30,578 nt of DNA from assembly GCA_040752695.1 (NCBI GenBank), contig JBFMGO010000078.1:1-30578 (forward strand), written 5' to 3'. The notes under the pieces are model-generated. The model was given only the letters and a program-made list of their open reading frames with translations. It made no database searches and was not told where the DNA came from. The translations under genes and the position numbers were made by a program. Each line of letters begins with the position of its first letter. Within the stretch, counting starts at the first letter, position 1. The stretch comes from a bacterium. Its GTDB lineage: Bacteria; SZUA-182; DTGQ01. Positions 1 through 8,628 of the stretch are shown here, one piece after another.

Positions 1-1
1 A

Positions 2-331
2 GATTTAACTACTGCTCACAAATCGAAGGTCATCATGGATGCCATGAGCAAATCCGCGATTCATTGCTTTATCTGCAAGATTCCTTATGGCCAGCATCCC
101 CTGTTTGTTCCACTGCCGGAAGACAGGCTGAATTACCTTCAAGACCTTGCCCAAGCTGATTTAGCCTGGATCATGGATCGATGTATTCATCCCTGTTATA
201 AGGCATTTTTTCCTCCACTCATGCAAAACGGCGAGGTTTTGACTAATAAAAAACAAGCTTCTCCTTCATCAGGAAGTAGCTTATCTTCGCAAGCCTTCCA
301 AATCATAACCACTTCTATCATTAGATGTTGA
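2..331 (+). CDS. 3' end of a hypothetical protein truncated by the window edge
   Basis: The frame of track ORF 35..331 is open back to position 2 (DLTTAHKSKVIMDAM...). No recognisable motif. Confidence 0.35.
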   Translation, partial: DLTTAHKSKVIMDAMSKSAIHCFICKIPYGQHPLFVPLPEDRLNYLQDLAQADLAWIMDRCIHPCYKAFFPPLMQNGEVLTNKKQASPSSGSSLSSQAFQIITTSIIRC

Positions 332-445
332 GCCGTTAAATCCTCACCAAAATGCTTTCGATTATCCTTTAGGTATTAGCTAATCTTTTGACAAAAGATG
401 ACTCTTTATAAAGTTTAAAGAAATTAAGTTTAGAGAAATTCTAAA

Positions 446-904
446 ATGTTTACTTTCAGGCAATCCTTTATTCTTCCGCTGGCATTAGCTGTTATTATTT
501 GTGGTATGCAAATCCTGGATGCCCCAGCCTATGCTCACTGCGAGCATATTGAAATCTGTGAATTTCTGGACGTGCTGGGAATCCTGGAGAACGCCGAAAA
601 ATCACAAAGGAGTAACAGGGACACAGGGCATGGTCTATCCTCAAGCCGGTTATCCGGCCTGACCGGGAAGCCTTTTTCCGGTTTGCCTCCTTGCTTCAGC
701 GTGAGAAAAAAGAGATGCCGTATGAATTTCGAACAGTATTTCTTATTCTTTTATCGAGATCAAAGTCACGGGATTTTGGAATCCCTGGTTGCGTATTGGC
801 TGAAAAACGTTTCCTTGCGCCAAACATATGTCTTCGAGTCAGAAGATCGTAAATCGCGTTCACAAGCCCTCCAGATCGTTGAAATTTCTATAATCCAGTC
901 CTGA
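446..904 (+). CDS. hypothetical protein with putative Sec signal peptide
   Basis: 152-aa ORF. The N-terminus MFTFRQSFILPLALAVIICGMQILDAPAYA-H has a hydrophobic core and an AxA cleavage site. No family motif. Confidence 0.5.
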   Translation: MFTFRQSFILPLALAVIICGMQILDAPAYAHCEHIEICEFLDVLGILENAEKSQRSNRDTGHGLSSSRLSGLTGKPFSGLPPCFSVRKKRCRMNFEQYFLFFYRDQSHGILESLVAYWLKNVSLRQTYVFESEDRKSRSQALQIVEISIIQS

Positions 905-1212
905 TTACGGTAATCCTCAAGGCGAAACCGGCTGCACGAAATTTCGTGGACTGCGTTTGCATATGATTCTTTTCGTGACCGGGTTGCCACAAAGAGCCTT
1001 TCCAAACAAATGAACAGCGTTTAGGGTTTGAGTAAGCGAGTTTTCTGGTTAAGGAAGATAGATTTAATAATTACAGGAAGATAGATCGAATAGTCAGATG
1101 TTTGGATGTATCGAGTGTGAGATAAATGATAATCAGGTAAGTAAGAGATTTATTATGGTAAAGTATGAAGAATTTTATGAGGATGAGGAAAGGAAGTAAG
1201 GAGAAAGTGAAA

Positions 1213-3588
1213 ATGAGGAATACAGATAAACCTTTACAGGTATCTAATGTATTACTATTGGCAATTATTACTGCCACCGTTCTGCCACTGCTCTTGAGCG
1301 GCCCGGCAATCGCTCATGAAGCTACGGTTCAGAACGTAGCGCCCCAGTTGTCTCAGCAGACGGTGGTTCCAAGCCAATTGGTTAATTATAATGATCCGGC
1401 CAATCCGGTTGGCGGCGATATTCTGATCGACAATTTTGAATACTGGAATAGTGCGAAAGATCATGGCTGGATCATTTGTGAACCGGATTATCCTATCTAT
1501 GGATATGGGGTAGGTTATGGAAATATTGCGACAGTCATGGACTTTCAGGAGGGGAGCCGGGTATTCGATGTCCATCGCTCACCTTCGGTTTTCCTGCCCT
1601 TTAACGAGCCTCCGCTATCAGATCCAAGTGGAGACAAGTATCGATATATGCCCTTCACCATGCTAAAACCAACTAATTATCTCGATGCCACGGGAGCCAC
1701 CCAACCTTCTGTTCCCGGTGAATTCAGCCTGCTGAGCTTTAAGGTCAGGGCACCTCTGTCTGTTGAAATGTTCGATACCTTTCGCTTTATTGTTGACATT
1801 GAAACCCGCAATGGCGGTTGGGCACGCATCGTTCTGATCCCTCGAGACAGTATCGTCGGCTGCAATCTGGCCAGTATTGATACGGTAATCCCGAAAAATG
1901 GTCCCTGCAACCTGAGGCAGCCCACACCTGACCCCTGCCTGCCAGCCCCTGCTCCGATTCCCTATCAGCCACCCGACATAATCGAAGTATTCCTCGGCAG
2001 GGATATACAGGATGGCAGTTGGCATCTTGTTGTACAAAATCTGGAAGACATTCTGGATCAGTACCTTACCGGCGGTGCGGATCCAGATTTTGACGACATC
2101 ACCACTATTACCCAGATAATGGTGAGAGGTAATCAGTACCGGTTGGACGATATTACGTTCGGTAAAGGCAATACCCTTGGCATGGGCTGTCCTTACCTTT
2201 ACAAAACCGGTCCGCTTTTTGTCCAGTTGTTTACGACCATGGAAAAGCTTATCTTTGCAGAAGACCACGTAGGAAATATTTACGACGTTGTCGTCGATTC
2301 GGATACAATCGTCAAGACGTGGGCAGAAGATTCCCGTGACGGTTTTGCTGATCCCGATATCTACTGGGATGCAACCGTCAATCCCCCGGTACCGAGAAAC
2401 GCCAACGACATCGAAACCTGGACTCCTGCAGAAATTGCAGCTATTGAAGCTCATATAGGGAACGCAGCCAGAGATTCCTCAGGAAACCTGCTGCCGGTAC
2501 TGTGCAATTCGGGCATGAGGAGAAAGAACCTGGGCTATAATAACCATGAGGAAGACATGCTCAGGTTTACCGCTTTTATTGGCGCCAGCGGCAGTACCGG
2601 AGCACTTGCCTCCGGTTTGTTAAGACCTCTGGAGATCGTTCCCGGCATTGGAAGACCTGCATTTTTGCCCGCCTACTATCATTTCGGGCTGGAGAATCCC
2701 CATGAAGCTCCTCATTATCAGCCAGTCGGTACCTGTCATGAATCCGAGGGAATGTACTATTTCTCACCGGCCAGGGTACAATTGATCGAGCAGGCTTTAC
2801 TGAACGCCGGCTACACCCATTGGCCCAATATAGCGGTCCTTCGCTATCAGCCGCAGGTTTTCGAAGATCTTACCGTTACCGTAGAAGTAAGCAATGGCCT
2901 GTACAGGGACAGGGAAACTTTCCCCATGTCGGTGGTTAACTATCCGGTGGAAAATTATCCTCCTTATATGGAAGACATCGATGATCAAATCGCTCAGGTA
3001 GGAGAGATGTTCATATATCCCGTTACAGCCGTTGATCCGGATAGCTGCATCTATTCGAACACCGGCACACATCCCAAGTCCGACCAGTTTACCCTGACCT
3101 GGAGAGCGACCATTGCCGGATTGCCTTCATATCAGTATGGCCCATGGTCAGAATCATTGATCAATCCACGGACCGGCGTCATCAGCTTCGTCCCGCAGTT
3201 TGAAGGAGTTTATCCGGTAACGATTATGGTGCAGGATGACCGTGGCATGTACACGATCGGCGAATTCGAGCTACACTGCGTAAATGGAGGAGGATGGCTG
3301 AATCATCCGCCAGTCGTGCTCGGAGACTGGGATCATCCGCAGGTTTGCCGCGCGGGTGAATTGTTTATCCTGGACAGCGAAATCGACGTTACCGATCCGG
3401 ATGGCGATAGAGTGTACTATTCCTGCAACCTCGGTTCCATCGGTGCAGATTCACAAGGAAACGTGATCTGGTCGTTCCAGACCCAGTTTCCGGGATTCTA
3501 CGTGGTTGACATCGTCGCTATGGATAGCCATGGTGCTTATACGACATTTACCATAGATCTCGATGTCCAGCCCTGGTGGTCTTTATAG
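1213..3588 (+). CDS. large secreted/surface protein with C-terminal cadherin-like (putative Ig) domains
   Basis: ATG 1213 is preceded by AAGGAG (track start is 1165). Signal peptide ...LLLSGPAIA-H. C-terminal modules start NYPP and NHPP and carry AVDPD/VQDDRG and VTDPDGD/AMDSHG motifs typical of bacterial cadherin-like domains. Confidence 0.75.
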   Translation: MRNTDKPLQVSNVLLLAIITATVLPLLLSGPAIAHEATVQNVAPQLSQQTVVPSQLVNYNDPANPVGGDILIDNFEYWNSAKDHGWIICEPDYPIYGYGVGYGNIATVMDFQEGSRVFDVHRSPSVFLPFNEPPLSDPSGDKYRYMPFTMLKPTNYLDATGATQPSVPGEFSLLSFKVRAPLSVEMFDTFRFIVDIETRNGGWARIVLIPRDSIVGCNLASIDTVIPKNGPCNLRQPTPDPCLPAPAPIPYQPPDIIEVFLGRDIQDGSWHLVVQNLEDILDQYLTGGADPDFDDITTITQIMVRGNQYRLDDITFGKGNTLGMGCPYLYKTGPLFVQLFTTMEKLIFAEDHVGNIYDVVVDSDTIVKTWAEDSRDGFADPDIYWDATVNPPVPRNANDIETWTPAEIAAIEAHIGNAARDSSGNLLPVLCNSGMRRKNLGYNNHEEDMLRFTAFIGASGSTGALASGLLRPLEIVPGIGRPAFLPAYYHFGLENPHEAPHYQPVGTCHESEGMYYFSPARVQLIEQALLNAGYTHWPNIAVLRYQPQVFEDLTVTVEVSNGLYRDRETFPMSVVNYPVENYPPYMEDIDDQIAQVGEMFIYPVTAVDPDSCIYSNTGTHPKSDQFTLTWRATIAGLPSYQYGPWSESLINPRTGVISFVPQFEGVYPVTIMVQDDRGMYTIGEFELHCVNGGGWLNHPPVVLGDWDHPQVCRAGELFILDSEIDVTDPDGDRVYYSCNLGSIGADSQGNVIWSFQTQFPGFYVVDIVAMDSHGAYTTFTIDLDVQPWWSL

Positions 3589-3615
3589 GATAGAGAGAGA
3601 TTGAGTTTTTCCCAG

Positions 3616-3678
3616 GGAGGGGAGCCTTTTTCTCCTTCCTCCAAGCCGCAGGAAGAAAAGTTTTTCTTTCTCCCTGCA
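3616..3678 (+). terminator. two adjacent stem-loops downstream of the secreted-protein gene, possible terminator
   Basis: GGAGGGGAG...CTCCTTCCTCC, followed by GCAGGAAGAAAAG...TTTTCTTTCTCCCTGC. No clean U-tract. Confidence 0.3.
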
Positions 3679-3859
3679 AGCCTCCCTTCTATAGCGCGGA
3701 AGAGGCAGTCCCCTTGCTTCCCCAAAAGCTGCCATCTTCCGCGCACTTTTCAATCTTCTTGTTACTTTTCCTTTCTCCTTGTTGTTTCCAACTCTTATAA
3801 GATGAGAAATCTGGTGAAAAAGGCCAATGCAGCCGAAAAGATGGCAAGGAGGGAAGATT

Positions 3860-4621
3860 ATGAAAATCCAGGTTCTCGGCTGTTGTGGCGGCAGGCTGCC
3901 TGGCTTTTATACCACCGGTTTTCTGCTCAATGATCATCTTCTTCTCGATGCCGGGGAGATCGGAGGGGTATTGAAAGTCGAGGACCAGTGCCATATCACT
4001 GATGTTTTACTCACCCATGCTCACATGGACCATATCGTAGGGCTTCCCTTTCTTGGAGACACGGTTTTTGGACAGATCCGTGAACCCATCTCCATTATCA
4101 GCATCCAGGAAGTGATTGCCAGCCTGCATGAACATATATTCAATGGCCAGATCTGGCCTGATTTCACCCAATTGCCCGACCGGGAGCGGCCTACCTTCCG
4201 GTTTCGAACCATACGTCCGGGGCAGTCTTACCCTGTCGCCGGATTCGAGGTTACTCCCTTCTCTGTGAGCCATACGGTCCCTACGGTCGGATATCTGATC
4301 CGTGAAGATGAATCTGCCATTCTCTATTCCGGGGATACCGGCAGTGTAGAGGAGATCATCCGGGTTATAAAAAATGCCAGGAAGGTAAGAGCTCTATTCA
4401 TTGAAACTTCCTTTCCAAACCGTTTGAAAAGATTAGCCGAAGATGCCGGGCATCTGACACCGGCAGATTTGGGTAACCTCCTGGCTGAATTGAATTCGGA
4501 TATTCCTGTCTGGCTGTTTGGCATGAAGCCGCAGTATATTGAAGAGATAATCAATGAGTGCCGGGAGTTCCAGAGTCGTGCCCGGATTTTGCGGCAGGGA
4601 GAAACCTTGCACCTGCCCTGA
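3860..4621 (+). CDS. 3',5'-cyclic-nucleotide phosphodiesterase, class II (metallo-beta-lactamase fold)
   Basis: MKIQVLGCCGG start after a GGAGG RBS. Motifs LLLDAG, THAHMDH (HxHxDH), IWPDF, VSHTVP, YSGDT, IETSFP and GHLTP. Lies immediately upstream of an adenylate cyclase. Confidence 0.85.
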   Translation: MKIQVLGCCGGRLPGFYTTGFLLNDHLLLDAGEIGGVLKVEDQCHITDVLLTHAHMDHIVGLPFLGDTVFGQIREPISIISIQEVIASLHEHIFNGQIWPDFTQLPDRERPTFRFRTIRPGQSYPVAGFEVTPFSVSHTVPTVGYLIREDESAILYSGDTGSVEEIIRVIKNARKVRALFIETSFPNRLKRLAEDAGHLTPADLGNLLAELNSDIPVWLFGMKPQYIEEIINECREFQSRARILRQGETLHLP

Positions 4622-4647
4622 TTGCTTGGCCTGTTCCTGACCCTGTT

Positions 4648-6909
4648 ATGACGAAGAAAAAAGCCAGTCTTGGAGGATTCATTATCAGCCTTTTCATCAG
4701 CCTTTTCATGGCAGGGCTCTATCTTGGGCATCCCCGGCTGATGGAAGTCATGGAACTGAAGGTATTCGACCTGCACTTTCGCTGGCGGGGAAGGGTGTCT
4801 GCCGGGCCGGAAGTGGTTATCGCAGCCATAGACCAGAAAAGTATCGATGAATTGGGCAGATGGCCCTGGCACCGCAGCAGAATGAAATCACTGGTTGAGG
4901 AACTCTCCCGGTGCGGGGCAAAGACAGTAGCCTTTGATATTACTTTTCCCTCACCGGAAATGGACCTTCCCTCTTCCGAAGAGTATGCTTTCGAGCTGCT
5001 CAAAGGTCTGACCGGCTCTGAATCTGCGGTCAGCAGGCAGCGCATCAGGCAGGTTTTGACCCGCCTTGATCCTGACCGGGATTTTGGACAGGCCCTTCTC
5101 AAAGCTGGCAACACGATTCTGGGTATGTTTTTCTTCCTCTCAAAAGAAGAAGTGCCAAAAGGGCAGAGTATGCAATCCTCTCCCCCTTTTATCGCCTCGC
5201 AACGCTATCCTCTGGTACAAAAGATGGACCCTGAAGATACTATGGCTTCTGAGGATTCGGCGAATGGCCGCATCCCCAGAGGGTATGGATTTGAATCCAG
5301 CCTGGGTATTCTGGCGGAATCAGCTTTAGCAAACGGCTTTTTCAATATGTATCCGGATTTTGACGGCATTATTCGGTGGGCACCTCTGATCATCGAGTAT
5401 CAAGGAGATTATTACCCTTCCCTGGATATGCAGGTCATCAGGCATTACTTTGGCCTCACCGAAGATTCCCTGCTGATTCAGATGCGGGGGGCCGGTGTGG
5501 AAAGCCTTTTACTCGAAGGCATACCTGTTCCGGTGGATGAGAGAGGCCACCTGCTCATCAATTACCGGGGGCCTCACGATACCTACCCCCACTACAGTAT
5601 CTGCGATATACTGGCCCGCCGTATCCCAGCTGAAAACCTGCGTGACAAAATCGTTCTGGTGGGTGCTACGGCTACGGGTATCTATGATATGCGCTACACT
5701 CCTTACAAGATCATGGCCGGTGTGGAAATTCATGCCAATATTCTTGATAGCCTGCTGCACCTCGACTTCCTCTCCCTCCCGGATCACTATTTCCTGATCG
5801 ACCTGTGCATTTTACTCCTCATCGGTTTCCTGTTGGGCACCTTTCTTTCTCTTACCCGGCCCTTGACCGGCTTGAGCTTAACTGCCTGCCTTCTGGCAGG
5901 CTATGCAGGTTTCAATCAATACCTGTTTACTTCACGGGGAATCTGGATTAACCTGGTCTACCCGTCCGCGGAAATTATGATCATCTTCACTCTGATCAAC
6001 CTCTACCGGTACATAACTGAAGAAAGGGAAAAGAAAAGGATCAAAAACTCCTTTGAATGCTACCTGGCTCCCGCCCTGGTCAACGAGCTTATCCAGAATC
6101 CACAGATGCTGCGGCTGGGGGGGGAAAGGAAGCTTTTAACCGTTCTTTTTTCCGATATCAGGGGCTTTACCTCCATCTCCGAGCGGATGGAGCCCGAAGC
6201 CCTGGTCTCCTTTTTAAACGAATACATGAGCATTATGTCCACCATTGTCTTGAATTATGCCGGATTTCTTGATAAATTCATTGGGGATGCCATTATGGCC
6301 GTCTACTGTGCGCCCCTGTTCAGGGAGGACCATGCCCGTCTGGCCTGCCAGACTGCCCTTGACATGCGGGGAGCCCTGTTAGACATAAACGCCGGATTTC
6401 AGCAAAAGAACCTTCCGCACATCAGAATCGGTATCGGGATCAACTCCGGCGACATGATTGTAGGCAATATGGGGTCCAGGCAGCGAATGGACTATACGGT
6501 ACTTGGGGATAATGTCAATCTGGCCTCCAGGCTGGAAGGCATTACCAAGGTATACGGTGTGGATATCGTGATCAGTGAGTCAACCTGCCAGTTTGTCCGG
6601 AATGAGTTCGTTGTCCGGGAATTGGACAGGGTCCGGGTAAAAGGCAAAATTCAGCCGGTAAAAATCTATGAACTTATGGGAAGGGTGGAGGACTCAAGCC
6701 AGCTTGAACCTTTGCTGAAAGGCTATCATGCGGGGTTAAACGCCTACCTGAATCAGCGGTGGGAGGAAGGGATGGAACACTTTCATCAGGTCTTGCAGGC
6801 CTATCCATCCGATGGCCCATCGAAATATTACCTCGACCGTTGCCGGCAATACCTGGTTTCTCCTCCCGCACCTGAGTGGGACGGGGTGCTCAACCTGACT
6901 GCCAAGTAA
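4648..6909 (+). CDS. CHASE2-domain class III adenylate cyclase with C-terminal TPR-like segment
   Basis: N-terminal TM helix, then CHASE2 motifs (IDQKSIDELGRWPW, DFDGIIR, INYRGP, GVEIHAN) and 3 TM helices. Catalytic motifs LFSDIRGFT, DKFIGDAIM and MDYTVLGDNVNLASRLEG are intact, with the Lys/Asp ATP specifiers. Start 4648 (MTKKK) is preferred over 4558, which overlaps the upstream gene. Confidence 0.92.
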   Translation: MTKKKASLGGFIISLFISLFMAGLYLGHPRLMEVMELKVFDLHFRWRGRVSAGPEVVIAAIDQKSIDELGRWPWHRSRMKSLVEELSRCGAKTVAFDITFPSPEMDLPSSEEYAFELLKGLTGSESAVSRQRIRQVLTRLDPDRDFGQALLKAGNTILGMFFFLSKEEVPKGQSMQSSPPFIASQRYPLVQKMDPEDTMASEDSANGRIPRGYGFESSLGILAESALANGFFNMYPDFDGIIRWAPLIIEYQGDYYPSLDMQVIRHYFGLTEDSLLIQMRGAGVESLLLEGIPVPVDERGHLLINYRGPHDTYPHYSICDILARRIPAENLRDKIVLVGATATGIYDMRYTPYKIMAGVEIHANILDSLLHLDFLSLPDHYFLIDLCILLLIGFLLGTFLSLTRPLTGLSLTACLLAGYAGFNQYLFTSRGIWINLVYPSAEIMIIFTLINLYRYITEEREKKRIKNSFECYLAPALVNELIQNPQMLRLGGERKLLTVLFSDIRGFTSISERMEPEALVSFLNEYMSIMSTIVLNYAGFLDKFIGDAIMAVYCAPLFREDHARLACQTALDMRGALLDINAGFQQKNLPHIRIGIGINSGDMIVGNMGSRQRMDYTVLGDNVNLASRLEGITKVYGVDIVISESTCQFVRNEFVVRELDRVRVKGKIQPVKIYELMGRVEDSSQLEPLLKGYHAGLNAYLNQRWEEGMEHFHQVLQAYPSDGPSKYYLDRCRQYLVSPPAPEWDGVLNLTAK

Positions 6910-6976
6910 AAGAAGGCATAGGCGGAAGGGGGGAGGGAAGAATACATAGGGAGAAACCCCTGGAAAGGAAACAAAT

Positions 6977-7270
6977 ATGGAAATCCATGACGTTGATCTT
7001 GACGGTTACAGGCTCAAAGGAGTTAAAATTCCAACCGGTAATACGGTTATCTTGATTATCAGGACACCGGAGGGAGGATTCCTCGGGTGCGGCTATTTCG
7101 ATATCGAAATCGCCAATAAAGTCAATGATGTTGCAGCTATCGTCACTGGGGTCAAAACCTTCGATGATATGCTGAATAAACCTGTCCAGAAGGTCAGTCG
7201 GACTGCGCAAGCGCGTGGAATCAGGGTGGGCGATTCGGGAGCCGATGCACTTCGAAAAATGATTGCCTGA
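6977..7270 (+). CDS. DUF1805 / YunC-family protein
   Basis: 97 aa with GFLGCGYFD, AAIVTGVKTFDDML and VSRTAQARGIRVGDSGADAL, typical of the family. AAGGA RBS. Confidence 0.85.
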   Translation: MEIHDVDLDGYRLKGVKIPTGNTVILIIRTPEGGFLGCGYFDIEIANKVNDVAAIVTGVKTFDDMLNKPVQKVSRTAQARGIRVGDSGADALRKMIA

Positions 7271-7342
7271 AGTTGAGGTGCCGGCTTTTGTGAAGTGGAA
7301 TGAAAAAAGGTCCGGAAAACCTAATCACAGATTGAAAGATTC

Positions 7343-7376
7343 AAAGGGCAGGATCAGCAATGGCTCTGCCTTTTTT
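7343..7376 (+). terminator. Rho-independent terminator of the PDE-cyclase-DUF1805 unit
   Basis: AAAGGGCAG (7343-7351) pairs with CTGCCTTTT (7366-7374), and the stem runs into a T6 tract. Confidence 0.55.
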
Positions 7377-7516
7377 CTTCCTGAAACCTCACCAGCAGCA
7401 GGCTGCTCATACCTGACTTTCTCTTTTATTACCCTCACTGCCGAAAGCAGCTTATTCGGCGACTGAGGGGCTCTTTTGGGGAGCAAAGATTTTTCGTAAG
7501 ATTTCCGAAAGAATAG

Positions 7517-7545
7517 TTGACTAATATACCGATAATTGGTATCTT
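7517..7545 (+). promoter_or_regulatory. sigma70 promoter with overlapping palindromic operator for the TA operon
   Basis: TTGACT (7517-7522), 17-nt spacer, TATCTT (7540-7545). The inverted repeat ATACCGAT-A-ATTGGTAT (7526-7542, one mismatch) covers the spacer and the -10 element. Confidence 0.7.
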
Positions 7546-7550
7546 AACGT

Positions 7551-7844
7551 ATGGGCTGGAAGGTTGAATTAAGCAGCAAGGTCTATAAAAACTTAAAAAA
7601 GATACCTAAAAGGACTAAAGAAAGCTTTCAGGTTTTATTAGACGAAATAAGGATATTGGGGCCTGTGAGAGGTAATTGGCCTAACTATGGAAAACTTTCT
7701 AAAGATTGCCACCATTGCCATTTACAAAAAAAAGGAAAACCCGTTTATGTGGCAGTTTGGAAGGTTACTGACAAAGAAATAAAGATCATAGAGGTGAATT
7801 ATGTTGGAATACACGAAGGAGCAAACTACGACCTCTTACGTTAA
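7551..7844 (+). CDS. type II toxin, RelE/HigB-like
   Basis: Basic 97-aa protein: WKVELSSKVYKNLKKIP...GPVRGNWPNYGKL...HHCHL...YVAVW...IEVNYVGIHE. Overlaps a downstream XRE-HTH gene. Confidence 0.8.
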   Translation: MGWKVELSSKVYKNLKKIPKRTKESFQVLLDEIRILGPVRGNWPNYGKLSKDCHHCHLQKKGKPVYVAVWKVTDKEIKIIEVNYVGIHEGANYDLLR

Positions 7845-8145
7845 TGTAACATATCGTATACCGAGAGAACATTTAGACGAAGTTAAAAAAAGTATGGCTT
7901 CATATGGTGCGGAAGAAGTCGTTGAATCTATTCCATGGGAGGAAGCTTTCCCGGAATACAGCGCAAGTGTTGCTCTGCGGGGGGCACGACATAAGGAATC
8001 TCTTACTCAAAAAGAACTGGCTAAATTGATAGGAGTAAGTCAGCATCATATATCCGAAATGGAAAGTGGTAAACGTCCTATCGGAAAAGATATGGCGAAG
8101 AAACTTGCTCATGTTTTACATATTAGTTATAGAGTATTTCTTTAA
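7801..8145 (+). CDS. XRE-family HTH antitoxin (HigA-like)
   Basis: C-terminal HTH: LRGARHKESLTQKELAKLIGVSQHHISEMESGKRPIG. GAGGTG RBS lies inside the toxin gene. Toxin-first order. Confidence 0.85.
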   Translation: MLEYTKEQTTTSYVNVTYRIPREHLDEVKKSMASYGAEEVVESIPWEEAFPEYSASVALRGARHKESLTQKELAKLIGVSQHHISEMESGKRPIGKDMAKKLAHVLHISYRVFL

Positions 8146-8199
8146 TTTTGGTGAGAGAACGTTTTTAAACCATAAAAACTCTATCTATTCAGAATACAC

Positions 8200-8361
8200 T
8201 TAACGACATCTTTGAATTATATCCTGGAAAGTACTTTTAAGGCTTTCTCCACATGCCTGGACAAACGCTAAAAGGATTGGAGCGACCAGAGCAGGTATAA
8301 TTCCATATTCATAATCAACAAGTGCTTCTTCACTTTTGAAGAACTTTATAAATCCTTCCAT
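8200..8361 (-). CDS. divergent Flp/Fap (type IVc/Tad) pilin-like protein, 53 aa, not in the ORF track
   Basis: Manual translation: MEGFIKFFKSEEALVDYEYGIIPALVAPILLAFVQACGESLKSTFQDIIQRCR. It shows the Flp-type leader (FFKSEE), EYG motif, hydrophobic stretch and GxSLxSTF tail. AAGGAG RBS 8 nt upstream. Confidence 0.65.
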   Translation of the reverse strand: MEGFIKFFKSEEALVDYEYGIIPALVAPILLAFVQACGESLKSTFQDIIQRCR

Positions 8362-8541
8362 AAGAATTTCTCCTTTTTAATTCTTCCCTTTAAATTATAA
8401 TCCGTATCCTGGCCAGTAGTCAAAGCATATCTTGAAAATTTTATAGATTAATGTGAGATATTGAATCAGGCAAAAGCGCAGTTGGAGAAAGTGAAGAAGG
8501 TACAGGTGTTGGGGGGAAAGGACAATGTTGTTGATTAATAG

Positions 8542-8569
8542 TTGATTAAATGAAGATTTATGATATAAT
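8542..8569 (+). promoter_or_regulatory. extended -10 sigma70 promoter upstream of rimO
   Basis: TTGATT (8542-8547), 16-nt spacer, perfect TATAAT (8564-8569) preceded by TGn. Confidence 0.55.
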
Positions 8570-8628
8570 TCTCCTGTAATTTTTATTTACCTTCAGGCTG
8601 TTGCATTACTACAAAATAAGAAAGAGGA

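Noticed and set aside
905..990. c-di-GMP-I riboswitch, suggested by GGCGAAACC and the ending CCGGGTTGCC
   Set aside because: The GNRA-capped P2 stem and the GACGCAAAGC-type junction are absent. It is kept only as an unclassified structured element.
3537..3994. Track ORFs 3601..3933, 3537..3746 and 3689..3994
   Set aside because: They have low-complexity composition, span hairpin-rich intergenic DNA, and overlap real genes in other frames.
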